A stretch of DNA of 64,000 nucleotides, from the NCBI RefSeq assembly GCF_041146345.1, contig NW_027191408.1, positions 1,178,001 through 1,242,000 on the forward strand. The letters are read 5' to 3'. This DNA is from Neodothiora populina (lineage: Eukaryota). The translations under genes and the position numbers were made by a program. The notes below the pieces were generated by a model that saw only the letters and a program-made list of their open reading frames with translations, was not told the origin of the DNA and ran no database searches. This document shows, piece by piece, positions 49,771-62,915 of the stretch (position 1 is the stretch's first letter; each line of letters starts with the position of its first letter).

Positions 49771-50317
49771 ATGTACGCGAGTTTTGGGCTCTGGGTTGCG
49801 ATGCCTTTTGGGCCCGTTGAGCTTGAGGGCTTTTTCCGTCTTGTGTGTGTTTTGTTAGAGATACCAGATAGATTGCGTTATTCTATTTCCTTGCTTTCTG
49901 ATAGATCGTCCCTTTAGCTTTTGCTGTGTTTTGCTTCCTTTGATTTCGATTTTTTTTAAAATGATTCGTGCACACTTTAGTTTTCGAGTGACACATTGTT
50001 GGTAACTTTCCTCGGGCAGGAGTATGATGAATGAACGAAAACCGACGTGATAATATAATGGTATATAAGGAGCGTTACAACGAAAAGTCCCTCCACTCCC
50101 GGCTTCGAATCCAAACTTCGTCTCGTAATCCCTGGTAATCCCTTGTCCCAAGCTCCGGTGAAAAACGCCATTAATGAAACCAAAGGTGATCGTCCCAATG
50201 ATCTATACTATCTTGTGTGTATCTCTGTCTCTCTCTTGAACCCGAATCATGACCAGCTGAGCGTGGAGTCGTCGAGGAAACTTCTACGTCTTTAGGGAAT
50301 GAGGGCGAGTAAGTCTT

Positions 50318-52750
50318 CTATGCGCTAGCAAGTCTTCTCGAGTCCTGGCCGCCGACTTCCTCCTCCGACACCTCGCTGCCTACGTCCGTCCATTCACTTC
50401 CGGGCGTTCGGATGCCACTCGCCCACTCCTCGTCGTCGCTGCTACTGCTACTGTCTTGATAGTCTCGGATAAATTCCATGCCCGCGTCTGTGCCGGCGTT
50501 GCTGCTTCCTGCCGTCGAGTGGGCGTGCTCGTGGACGTCGATCAGACTGGCTGTGGAGGTCTCGCTGGCGTGTTCGATCAGGCTGGTTGTTTCCTCAGGG
50601 TCGTCGTGGCTGTTGGGATCGGTGGCGAAAGATGCTGTGCTGGGTCTTCGCTGGGTTTCCTCCGTCGGTGCTTGAGGGTTGAACGTGGCAGGGGTGTGAG
50701 ACATGCTTGCTGCGGCACTGGCGAAGTCATCGTCTGAGTCTGTAGAGAAGACTATGTCGTCTCTGTCGACCTTAGGTGACAGACTCATGGCTGTTGACGG
50801 AGTGGGAGGAATCTCGACTTGCGTGGGATTGTCGTATTCGTGCAGATCGAGTAGATCCCCAGAGCGAGAGAGAGAGTTTTGTGTATGCGCATCTGTCACA
50901 TCCACCAAGGCAGGTGAAGTTTCCACGTTCTGGCTGCTCTGCCAAAAGTTGTTCTCCTCGTCATATGGTGGTGGTGGCTGGAAGGCAGACACGGATGGGG
51001 CAAGCTTTGCGGCTTTGTACTCAGGCGACAAGCAATACAAAGAGTCGCTGTCGTCATTGGAAGACTGTCCTTGGGAGTTCAGACTGGGGTAGTGAATGTT
51101 CGGTTCTGGCACAGAAGTTGCGGGATCCGAAGAGAGATCGACCAGCTCAGGTGTCTTTTCGTTTTGCTCTGGAGCAGATCGGTATAGCTGTAATCCAGAC
51201 AATCTTTGCTGAACCTTACTCTGTGCTTTTTGCACTTCTTCGTTGGCTCTTTGCACAGCTGCGTTGGCCTGCTGCATAGCTCTTCCTACGGTCTGCTGGA
51301 CGTGTTGCTGAATTTCGGCTTGTTTGTCGGCAAGGCTGGCGGATATTGCTGCTGCAAGGTCGAAGTCTTCATTTTCTGTCTCGGCATAGATGGACTGCCT
51401 TTTCCTCTCTTCCTCGGCTAGGCTTAACGAAACTGCCCGGGCGAGTTGCTCATCATAGCTCATGTCCGCCGGACTAGCTTCGACCTTCCCATCATCGTCG
51501 ATTGGAATCTGTCTGACTGAAGGTTGCGATTCTTTGTTTGCTTTGGTAATCTGCACGTCTGGCACACTGATGTCAGGGTCCTCGAGGGCTATCTTGGGTG
51601 GCACGGCGGGCGCTTGGGGTTTAGGGGTCGCATAGCCGGTATCTTCAAGCTCAAACTCGTCGCCAAACGGATTAGCCCAGCGAGATCCAGATTCAAAGGC
51701 AGATGTAGGAATAGAAGATGAAGGCTCTTCGAGTACAGCCAACTTCATTTTGCCTGCAGACCTGGGCTCATCTTTTGGTGGCGAAGGCAGTTCAAGCGTC
51801 TTTTCCATATCGTCTTGTGGGTCATTGTCGGGTTTCAGGCTTCCGTTTTGGTCAACAAGGCTGTCAAAGCTCATCAGGTTGAATGACTTGGAGGTACTCG
51901 GTTGATCTGCGATAGCGAATTTGTCGACGGCGTCGTTCCATGGGTTTTCTTCCGCAATACCAGACTCGACAGGCGGCGGAGTAGCGATACTCGCAGTACT
52001 ATGCCTCATCTTTGCCTTCTCCTTGGCATCAAGCATTTCTTGGTTTCTCCTAGCCAAGTACTCGCGCCCCAACCTCCTCCGCTCGGCTTCATCCGCTTCA
52101 TTCAACTTCGTCTTAGCGACTCGGTTGAGCCGTCGACTCGTCTCATCTAGGTTGATAACTTCATCCCTACCAGTAGCTCGTGCAACAGCATCGCGTGCGG
52201 CGGCGCTTTCACGTCTGGCAGCTTCCGGGCGTTGTCCAGGAATGCGTCCTTCGAAGGCGAATGCCTCAGCTTGACGTCTTTGTTGAGGGTCAAGCTCGTT
52301 GCCGAGAGAGCGAAGTGCTTCGGCTACTTTGCGTCGTTGCTCATCGATCCATGCTTGTACTTGAGGATTTGCCAGGACAGCAGCACCAAGGGCAGTCAGA
52401 AGAGTCAAGGTTATGAGTATGCCTAGTTTTTATCAGATCACATAATGTAATGAATTTTTTGCCAGATCACGGAGTTGAATAGAATCAAACATTTAAAGGT
52501 TCATGAACAAATCGCTTGCGTCCCGATAACCAGAACTGCAGCATGCCGACAGAGCAGGAATGGAGATAAGCGCGGGGATGGTGGGTGGCGAACAACGATG
52601 AAGATAGCATCGATAATCCTAAGATCCGTACTTATCGGAATCAAGATTACAATAGAATATACAGCACGACTCTTTCTGCAACATTTTCCTCTCGTGATAT
52701 TGCATATGAAATGTACGGAGCGACGTACCTTTGGCTAGAGGAGCAGGCAT
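50318..52750 (-). CDS. N-terminally membrane-anchored, disordered acidic protein with two ubiquitin-interacting motifs (2 exons: 52750-52729, 52422-50318)
   Basis: MPAPLAK-GILITLTLLTALGAAVLANPQVQAWIDEQRRK after removal of a 306-nt intron (GTACGT...TAG). UIM-like YDEQLARAVSLSLAE and EDFDLAAAISASLAD. Confidence 0.8.
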
Positions 52751-53388
52751 CTTGACCGGCGATTGCGTCGGACTAATGGACAGAGTGGTGGTCTGAGTGG
52801 CGTCAGTCGACGAGAGGGCAGTCGAACTGCAAGCTGAAGACCGATAAGTGATGAAGAGATAGAACAGATTGTATGGCGGATTTCTAGGGAAACTTGAAGA
52901 GGAAGCAATGTCAAGATAGGGTAATGTGGGCTCTAGGCATCGACATTATAGTAGTACTAGCATGTCGAGTCGTCAGCTAGCGAAGAAGGCCAATTTGACT
53001 TTGTGGCGCGAGCACCGGCTCACACGCTTGAGGGGGCGAACAACGTGCGGGGCTGTGGCGATGTGGCGGTGCAGCATGACCAAAGTCATTATCTCCAATG
53101 CTCAGCAGGTAATCGTGAGATAGTCACAATCTAGACAATTCCAAGAGAGACAATTTTGATCCTGGAAAAAAAATTGATTCGTTTCTCGACGCAAAATGGA
53201 GATCCACCAGAGCTGATCAACAATGGAGCTTAGATTGCAATAACTTGAAAGGGTATCATTGCTACGAAATTTCCGTCTATATTCTAATCCACTGAGTATG
53301 TCGGTATAAGTGCAGTAAAACAAATTCGAGAAGTTCGCAAACGAAGATCTGGTGATCACGGACATGTATAGACCTTCAAGGACACAAC

Positions 53389-55249
53389 TCAGGCATCATG
53401 GACAGCGGTAAAGCTCTTCCTTTCAGCACGCTTCTCTCTCGCCTCATGCCAAACACAGTACATGCTCCAAGCAACACTGATGATACTGATGACCAACGTC
53501 ATTGAGTATGCTGCAGAGTAACAACTCTTGCCATCCATGCAGAGTCTGTCATGTCCGTCAACAGGGCCCGAGTGGCTATCCAAGATGTGTCCGTAGACTG
53601 TGTTGAAGATGTTTCCCGATATGACAGGAGACATGGTCATGGCACCCCAGTTGATTCCCAGTCCCTTGGCACCGAACGCATCAGCTACAAGTGCTGGGAA
53701 TACACCGAATAGTGCGCCGTACCCAAGCCCGGAAAGACCAGAGAGAAGAAATAGTAGGTTAGGGTTCTCGATACTCAATCCAGCAATCTGAGCAAGAACG
53801 AAGATCAAAGACGATGCGACCAAGGACCAGTATCGAGAAGAGTGAAGCTTCTTGACTACGATATCGGAACCGATGCCTGATGACAGGCGGCCGACAAAAG
53901 AACATAGGGAAAGGATCGAGACGTGCATAAGCTGGCGAGACTGGATGAAATCATGTGATGCCGAATCATCGAAGTGATGCCAAAGCGTCTTCACGTTGTT
54001 GCCGATGTTACTTTGAGCCATGTTAGCACATTATTCGCTATTGATTCGAAGGACATGTCAAGACTCACTTAATGGTCATCAGGCCAACGCCACAGAGGAG
54101 ACCGAGCAGAATGAAGAGTTGCCAGAAGCTGGCGGACTTGATAAGAGCCCAACCTGTGATGTCTGGCTTGTGTGAGTGAGGGCCATGGTCTGGGTCGGCA
54201 GGTTTGTCGGGAATATCGCCTGGGGTAGGGGACATGAGGGAAGAGGTCTCGTCGACGTCGGCATCGGTTGAGACTGTGGGTAATACTGTTGGAAGCTTGT
54301 TCATATGGAGAGATACGAAATCGATTTCCTGATAGGAAACACGTAGTACATACCTGGTTCGCCTTGGATACTGTTCTTACTGCTATGTCTGCTGTGCTTA
54401 GAGGTGGTGCGCTGCAGTTGGTTGGAGTTTTTCCTGAGGTATGGCGGACGGCTCTCTTCTTCCGTGGACAGTTTTTGGTATGGTGAAGGAGGCGGAAGCA
54501 TTTGTAGAAACAGCATGCCGGTAAAGACCATACCGAACGTGCCGATTGCCAGCATCAGCAGATAGTGTGCAGTATTGTCGGGGAATGCGAAAGTGCTGAC
54601 CAGGGTAAAGGCAAAGGCGCTGAGTCCGAAGCCACTCAGAGGAAATGCTGTAGCAGAGCCTCTATGGTGTGGCCAATTCGTCGCCGAGACCTTGATGGCA
54701 CCTGAGAAAGCTGAGCAGCTGCCCATTCCGGTCAGAAAGCTGAAGAAGCACAATGTTCCAACACTCATAGAGCCCGGTCCAGAGTTGTAGGCGGACCAGA
54801 GGGGAAAGTAGCCGCATGCAAGAGCGATTGCACCCACAAGGACACTCCAACGGGGGCCCTTGGTGTCAATGAGGATACCAAATGGTACGCCGGAAGCGTA
54901 CATGCCGATGTTACCAGCACTTCCCTTTTGAATCGTTCAGTTGACGTGTTGTGTGTTTTGTGATTGTCAGGGAGCTCACTATTAGATTGCTACTCGTTGC
55001 GGACAGTCCCATGCGATCGGCGAATTGCGGTGCCCATGCTGAGTATGCATACTGAAGATGATTGTTATGGAAATGTCTCTGAGCGGTTCACATCTGCGGT
55101 TATACTGACGTTGGTTCCACTATATCATGATCAGCCTTGTATTTACAGTGTCTCTGCTCTGAGGGTCGGACGCACCATGCCAATGCAATGCCTGTAGCTG
55201 CTACGATTGAGACGACTCTCGTCTTGTGGTGATCACTCTCGTGCATCAT
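53389..55249 (-). CDS. MCH1: MFS transporter, Mch1/nodulin-like family, multi-exon including a 10-nt micro-exon
   Basis: ALACGTNYAYSAWAPQF, GNIGMYASG, NWPHHRGSATAFPLSGFGLSAF, GVGLMTINNIGN, GRLSSGIGSD and FGVFPALVADAFG. Confidence 0.85.
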
Positions 55250-55902
55250 ATTGAGCTCCAGGAGAGGGCGAACCGAGAAACTCGGTGAATCTTAATGCCC
55301 ACTCCTTCACGAAGTAGGCCCTGAGAGTTGGTATCACTGCCGTGAAGAGCGTCGGTAGTGTTGTCACTGGGTCGAAACGGCAGGAGCGATAAGAAATGTA
55401 GAAAGGACAAATAGAAAGGAAAGAGCGAAGGGATCAACGATGACCACAAAGGCATTGGATATGGTGCAATTGGTTCGGACAAGGTGGATGAACTCCACAG
55501 CACATACCCCGAAGAGGGAAGTCGCGATAGCGATAGGGCAGGGAGTAACCTCGTACAGCGATAAGCTGGAACGGGGAAGCAGCAGGACGGAGGTAAGCTG
55601 TCGGCTGTCGGCATTTAGAGTACGCGTCATGAAGGCATATCGTGTACGGAGAAGTATGTCCCGAGTCACGTATAGATGTCCAAAGCCTTTCCTCTCAATC
55701 ATCTATACCGTATCTAAGGTACCTAAAGGGCCGTCGGAGGTTGTCGATGACGGATTAGTATGCCAAGCTTTCTAGCCTCCGCATTCCAACAACTCCACCC
55801 AAATCCGCATCTCCAGCGGCCCTTCTTTAGGCATCAAATTAGCGACTAGCATACCTCAATCCTGTATACCACCATAATCAGTACTCATCAACGACAGCGG
55901 CA

Positions 55903-57449
55903 ATGGGTGCTCTGCTCTCCATCCCTCTTTTGGCAGTGCCCAGTATAGGCACCATCATCACCGCCGCCGCATCATGCTGTGGCGCGGCCACCTGCTCTGC
56001 GCTGTGTAGCGCATGCGGCAAGTGCAACAACAGCATGGCGACTCGTATTGCCTACGCCGTCATTCTCCTACTTAATTCTATGCTATCATGGATCATGCTC
56101 ACCGACTGGGCCGTCAAGAAACTACAAAAGGTCCTTCTGGACTACACCACAATCACGTGCGCTGGCAAGGACTGCAATGGCTTCGCTGCTGTCCACCGCA
56201 TCAACTTTGCTCTGGGTTTTTTCCACTTCATACTGGCTCTACTCCTCATCGGTGTTCAGAGCACCAGGGATAAGAGGTCCGCCATCCAAAATGGATTCTG
56301 GGGTCCAAAGTTGATTGCCTGGATCGGCCTCATTGTCATCACTTTCCTGATCCCTGACACTTTCTTCACCTTCTGGGGCAACTATGTTGCACTTGTAGGC
56401 GCTATTCTCTTCCTCTTGATCGGCTTGGTCTTGTTGGTCGATCTTGCGCATACCTGGGCTGAGTACTGTCTGGAAAAGGTGGAGAATACCGAATCGAATG
56501 TGTGGAAGACGCTGCTCATCGGCTCAACCGTGAGCATGTACCTTGGATCAATCGCCATGACTATCGTCATGTACATCTTCTTTGCTGGTTCGGGCTGCTC
56601 TATGAATCAGTCCGCGATCACCGTACGTTCTTATTCCAAATGAAGCTCTCATTGATACTATACTTACTGACGGTCCCCCAGATCAACCTGATCCTCCTTG
56701 TCATCATCACTGTTCTCTCAGTCCATCCAGCCATCCAGAGTGCCAATCCTCGCGCTGGTCTTGCTCAGGCTGCGATGGTGTGCGTCTATTGCACTTACCT
56801 GACTCTCAGTGCTGTGGCCATGGAACCTGATGACCACCTTTGCAACCCACTTGTACGTGCACGGGGTGCTCGTCGGACCACCATCATTGTTGGCGCCATC
56901 GTCACGTTTGCCACCGTCGCTTACACTACCACTCGTGCTGCCACTTACGGCCTCGCCATGGGTGCAGGCAAGCCAGGCGGTTATCACCAGATCGGCAATG
57001 ATGACACTTTGACAAGCGGAAGCGAGCACGGCTTGGTCGAGACCCAGTACCGCTCGGAACGTCGCGAAATGCGTGCACAGGCCCTTCGTCGCGCAGTCGA
57101 GTCTGGTTCTCTCCCTGCCAGTGCCCTTGACGATTCTGACTCGGACTCCGACTCTGACGACGAAGGCGCTAGCACGACCAAGAAACGTGCACGGGATGAC
57201 GAGAAGAACGCCGTGCAGTACAATTACACGCTATTCCATATTATCTTCCTGCTCTCAACAGCATGGGTCGCGACTCTATTGACGCAGAACATCGGAGGCG
57301 ACAAGAACATCGAAAAGGGCGACTTTGTGCCTGTCGGCCGTACCTACTGGGCAAGTTGGGTCAAGATCGTAAGCTCTTGGATGTGTTACGTCATCTTTGG
57401 CTGGAGCCTTGCTGCTCCAGTTATTTTGCCTGATCGTTTCGATTATTGA
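55903..57449 (+). CDS. TMS1: Serine incorporator (Serinc/TDE) membrane protein Tms1 (2 exons; intron about 56623-56681)
   Basis: MGALLSIP...SCCGAATCS, SMATRIAYA, AVHRINFALG, IQNGFWGPK, LLVDLAHTWAE, GLAQAAMV, YNYTLFHIIF, WVKIVSSW and C-terminal PDRFDY. Confidence 0.95.
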
Positions 57450-59637
57450 ATAGGTCTTTGTCGATGCTTCTGTTTTGGCATGATAATTTATGCTAATGTG
57501 GCTGGGCCACGCGCCGGGAGGCTGATCTGAATGGTCCGGTCTCGCACTATACATTTTTTACAATCTGCAATAAAATGTTCATTTCCGTGCTCCGCCTATC
57601 ATGCCTATCATTCTAGGTCCTGAAGACTCCAAATTCAGCAGAAAGGGTCTGGCGCCGCAGCTGGTCTAGGACCAGCTGCATCCAAGCCACATCTTCGATT
57701 GTGATCGTGCTTGGCCACAACCAACGAGTCGATCTTCGTTTACGACGCGAATTTATATTACCTCCGGCCGCCATCTTGCAGTAGAAGGATCCACATGCCG
57801 ACAGCTTGTAATGAAATTCTTCGAGCGCAAATGCAAAGATTGACATGTGTGTTTCAGCAAAAGCCGCGGCCGAGACACGCCCTCCCGCACAGCTGTCATG
57901 GCACCATGAGGTCCTGCAGTAAGCATGAGCTAGGCTGGCAATGAGCGGCGCAAGGACATGGCTACCTATGGAACGAAGCGAAAGCATCCCGTATGCGCCT
58001 TGCTGTGGGGGCTGTGTCCATCAGGACAGCAAGGTGACAGACCACCAGACTAATGAAACAACCATACCTATTGCGCAGCAGTCGACAAATTTAGACCCCA
58101 GGTCCAGACCCCTGACCGGCAATGTTGAATCAATTCTGAAACATAGGTAAGCATGAGTGGACGATCTCGAGCATTCATAGGAAATGTCCAGGTTTGTCTA
58201 GAGCCTCTTATTGAGACTTACTCATGTTGTATCAAGTCTGTATGCAATTTTTTTCCCTTGTGGCTTGTTTCAGCATCTACAATGTGATTGACATTCGTGC
58301 TTGTGGAACCTCATCTCCATTAACGTGTTGTGCCCTGTTCTGTCTCCCATTAAATAAGCATTACCGGTCAAGGGTGGGTAATTTTCGATGGTGATAATTC
58401 AATCATCGATAGGAATAATTGTGCGTATCTCGGGAATCATGGCCCGAGCCGGAGATGGAAAAGATCGTAGATGCCTTCTTAAGATGAGACAGTTTCCTTG
58501 ATAGCCCTAGCAGTACCTATTCACCAATAGCACGTGTGCTTCTAGAAGCCCAAAGCGAACATCTGGAAAGGGTTCTTCCGTGGATCCACAGGGGATGTAC
58601 GGGATCGTCATCCGTGCATGTGGTAGGGTGAAGAAGCAGACCCTGCGAGGAGTGAACATTTGAACAAAACCATGAGCGATCTAAAACAATACTGAGGGAC
58701 CACTGGCGATGATTCAACGTATATTTCTGGCTGTGTCCGACTTTCTGTACAGCATCATTACTGTGATGTACTGTATATAGACTTTTAAGGATCCCTAGCT
58801 TAAGTGCTTATGTATGATACTTTAACCTATATCCAGTATTTCACGACTCGCATAGCATTCGAAATCAGAATCGCTATGGCACCGAGATGTCCGTGATGTT
58901 TAGACAGTCACGAGACCCGAGCAGCTTCGAAACTCCGATGAATACGTGGGTGGGTCGTACACAAAAGTCGATTAAGGTCATGGAATTATCTTGGTCAAAT
59001 CCGAAGTGCCAGGGCATTCCGGTTCGCCGGACCCTGAATTGGTTGCAACAGTGACCAACATTATGGGCAGCATATACCGGTTGGAAAGCGCCTCAATTGG
59101 GTGATTATTTCAAGCAGTACCACTCACAACAAATGAACTGGCGCCGCACGACCCGTGTTGCGACGGTGCGCTATGCAGAGCAATCATAGGTTCCCTTTTA
59201 CCTACAAGTGTGTCTCCTTGCTTGATAGCTGATGGGTCTCTGAGATTGTGTCCCACCATGATTCCGAGCCACCCGAATGTGGACCACGACTGTTCCAGTT
59301 GCTAAGGTGTATATGATTTCGCCGCCTCCATTGGTCAAAGTATGGGTCTCTCTCTTCTGGCGCAGATCCTAGCAAACAACTGCTTCCAACCTCAACACTT
59401 TCGACCCTTTACTTCTTTCTGCATGAGCGTAGCTCAGACAATGTTGGGACCGTGGTAAATCGCCAAGTACTGCAGTGTGCAAGCACTCAGCCAGCTCACA
59501 ACCGTGCTGTAATTACATGTGAAAATTGACTTCGTTGTGGCTGCCTTAAACCAAACCCATCATTCTCCTTTTTCTCTCATGAACCGAGTACACTTACCAT
59601 CTTGACTGCTGTCGAATACTGTCAGCATGAGGTCTCT

Positions 59638-60235
59638 CTATCCTTGCTCGCTTGTCACAAGTGCCCTGTTCCTTATCTTCGTCAAGGTTCCTGCAAAAAC
59701 ATATGCTCCTCGACAGGACGGCGGTGGAGATGACAACATCTCAATCAACCTAGCGGTCACGTCAATGTCTCCTATTGTCTGGTTCCAGTGGGGAAATAAC
59801 AGCGTAGCGAGGTCCCCTTTCGCTTCGCGAAACATATCAGACAATCCAATCGTTCCGTCGTCATTGGTGATCGTCCAGCATCCCCGAGCTTCTCAGGAGA
59901 CACCATCACGTACACGATATACGATGACTCGACCGCCTTCCTTACTGGATGCCTCAATACTCTCGCGGGCAGCAGCAACCACTGTCATGGAGTCTCCCAT
60001 GCCAAAGGCGAATGATGTCGTCTCTGCATATGCCATCATAGTCAATTTTGAACTCCTCACGTGTGACGTTTCCACATTCCCTTACAGTGCCTTTGGTACA
60101 ACCTGCTCTTGTCTGCGCTTCGTCGCGGAGATCACCCCTAGTACTACGTCCAGAAACTTCGCGTCCTCAGTTTATTCGACGTCAACGAGTATCACCTTCG
60201 ACCCCATCGCTTTGTATAAGCGCGACAGCCGGAGA
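59638..60235 (-). pseudogene. Protein-like reading frame interrupted by three nonsense codons; function unknown
   Basis: One frame reads RLYKAMGSKVILVDVE*TEDAKFLDVVLGVIS...PKAL*GNVETSH...RVIVYRVRDGVS*EARGCWTITNDDGTIGLSDMFREAKGDL... Confidence 0.4.
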
Positions 60236-61836
60236 TAAACCGACAGAACAGGACGTTCTTCCCTCTCCGCGAGCAGAACACTACAAAGCACCAACGCTTA
60301 ATGCGGCAGTCGGAATTTCGCGCGCCATATTGAAGGTCATCAACGAATTGATCGCAGTCTACAAGTTTTTACCCAGTCGATAATATTGCAGCTTGGGAAT
60401 CACTCATATCGCTGAAGCCCATGCGCATCATCAATTTGTTCCTTGTGCCTCCCTTCCAGGCTGTTTCGTCAGTGGTGTTTAGTGGCAAGGCTATATATCT
60501 TTCGCTTGTCAGCCGCGTTTCTCTAATCCTTCGCGTATCATTGAGCGGTGTGAATATCTTGCCTCGAGGGTTTCCGTACTTCTATATCTACACTCTCACT
60601 TGCGAATCTTCGAATCTCCTTCTATAGCGTTTGTAACTCTCTTCATATTGATTCGAGCCTAGCCCTATTCTCTTTTCTGTTCTGCATCCCTTGTCCGAAC
60701 TTGGTCACTCTAGTTAGTATCTACATACAGGATTCAAATTATACTGCTCCTCAACAAACGAGTGAAACTTCGCATGACATGTTTAGTATCAATTCTATGA
60801 TTGTTGTAGAAATGGTATCTTCTGTTTGAGCGACTGTACGAACGAAGGGCTACTAATGCCATATATCCTGCCACCGTATATCCTTAAGGTTGATTGTTGT
60901 GTTGAATGTCATTGGAACGCATATGAACATCAGTGGTTGCAGATAGGCGAGAGTCGAGCAGGGCACAGTTCCAGCTGCAGATCATCCCTAATCTAACGCT
61001 GCACATGTTATTAGATCAACTGTCACTTCACGTTTTCTATATGCTTCCACGCGGGCAACACGTGGAAAGTAGCAGAGATACCCACATCACTTTCAATACG
61101 CAGTTGAACCACGCACTAGAAAGTAGTCGGTCTATATTACACGACCTCACATTGAACATTGCTCAGATAGCTACGGACGCCATGATTCATTGGGAGCATA
61201 TCTCGGCAAATATTTTGCCTCAACCAGTGAGCAAAGGTCACCTTCTTCACCGACCTCAACTTGGCCACTTGCTTAGATGCTTGGGCCTTGTGAGTCAGAG
61301 TGCCGGGCAAAGGGTAATGGTGTGTTCCCATTTTATGCACAAATGCAGGGTAATATCGGGAATCCTCCCGGGTTGCCTCATTAACAGACCTAGGCGGCGA
61401 TGTCATTGACTTGAAACTAGGGTCAGCGGTCATGCAGCACTATACACTATCGACGCAGCGATTCACTACTCCCCGATGATCATGATGTTGTTTCTCTGAC
61501 CGACACGAAATTGGCGAGGATAGCAGCAAGCTTGCCAGACATCGTCCTGGGACGCAACAAATTTGAGGAATATTCAACACCGCGGATATCTCATTGATTG
61601 GACGATGGTTGTACTAGCGCCCTCTACCAGGGGGGCAACGAGTGGGCACTAGACCTTTTTCCAAATCACGAGTTGCATCTTCAGGGAGACGAGAAAGTTG
61701 CCCATGTTGTTAAGCGCGAGCACGTGTTCATTATCTCAAATAAAAGGCAATTCTTCCACTTCGTTTCGAACAAGATTCCATCACCCTTCTATCAACATCG
61801 TTCCGGCATCAGAACTGCTCTTCAAAGCTCTGCAAG

Positions 61837-62454
61837 ATGAGATCCCAATATACCTATATTCTTGTGGTGGTTTTCCTGGGCATTACTATGACCAGTGCAG
61901 CGGCATATGTGTTTGGTCCACTCGGAATGGTCAGCAACATGTCGAGCTTCCCGAACAATCCATCCAACACACTCTTTGCCGACAACCAACCTACTGGACT
62001 GCGTGGCAGGAGCGAAAAGGCGGTCTTGACTTGGACCAAGGAGCAACCTCGCCAACACACATCAGTCGCTTCCCCCAACGACATCAGAACTGTGAGCCGG
62101 GGCAGTCTTCAGAGCTCTATACCGTCCAGTATTATGGTCTATCCCACCTTCTCAGGCCCGGCTTGGAGGACGGAGACTTTCACTGCCATGTTGTCAACCC
62201 CAACATCTCCTGCGAACGCAAGCTCCGCCTGCATTATATATACTGCTCCCGTCCATTCGAGTCCACCTCTTGCCCCCGAAGTCGTAGAGCAAGACGAAAT
62301 CGCGAAGCTCAAATGTCATTACGCCAAGGAGAAGGTCTGCTTCGCATTCATCGGTTGGGTTTGTGGTGTGGCCCTCAAAAGTATGGTCGGAATTTCCAAG
62401 ACCATATACTGGGTATTGAAGACTTTGCGGATGGCAGGACGGCGACAGAAGTAG
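61837..62454 (+). CDS. Orphan signal-peptide, Ser/Thr/Pro-rich, single-pass membrane protein (paralog A)
   Basis: Signal MRSQYTYILVVVFLGITMTSAAA and C-terminal hydrophobic helix KVCFAFIGWVCGVALKSMVG followed by a basic tail. Similar to the downstream ORF. Confidence 0.6.
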   Translation: MRSQYTYILVVVFLGITMTSAAAYVFGPLGMVSNMSSFPNNPSNTLFADNQPTGLRGRSEKAVLTWTKEQPRQHTSVASPNDIRTVSRGSLQSSIPSSIMVYPTFSGPAWRTETFTAMLSTPTSPANASSACIIYTAPVHSSPPLAPEVVEQDEIAKLKCHYAKEKVCFAFIGWVCGVALKSMVGISKTIYWVLKTLRMAGRRQK

Positions 62455-62915
62455 CTGTGGAGACGTCCAAAGCTTCGTAGAATTACACGTCGGCCCTGTC
62501 GTCGAAAGGGTCAGCAACAAGTAAGGTCGCAGGCTAAAGCTATACGATATATCTAAGCAACCCGAGCTGATCCTCTTGTCCTATGAGAGACACCTCGGTC
62601 ATCACTAATTCATCTCGACTTCCAAACAATCCACACTCGCTTTGAAGAGAACGAACTCGCAACACTTGCGACTTGTACTTTTAGTTAGATACATTACATC
62701 GAAGACAATTTTTATACACCTTGAGAGATTAAGCAGTACTAGAAAAGAGCGACCGCGGAATTATTACATGATTCAGCCACACCTATCACGCCGCAGTCGG
62801 CACTCCCAGGCACCAGGCCTGAGCCCTTCAATGCGGCAGTGTCTGATCAATTCTAAACAAGAATGTACTCATGCTTAAGCAAGCATGGACGATGCCTAAC
62901 CCATGACCAATGAGG

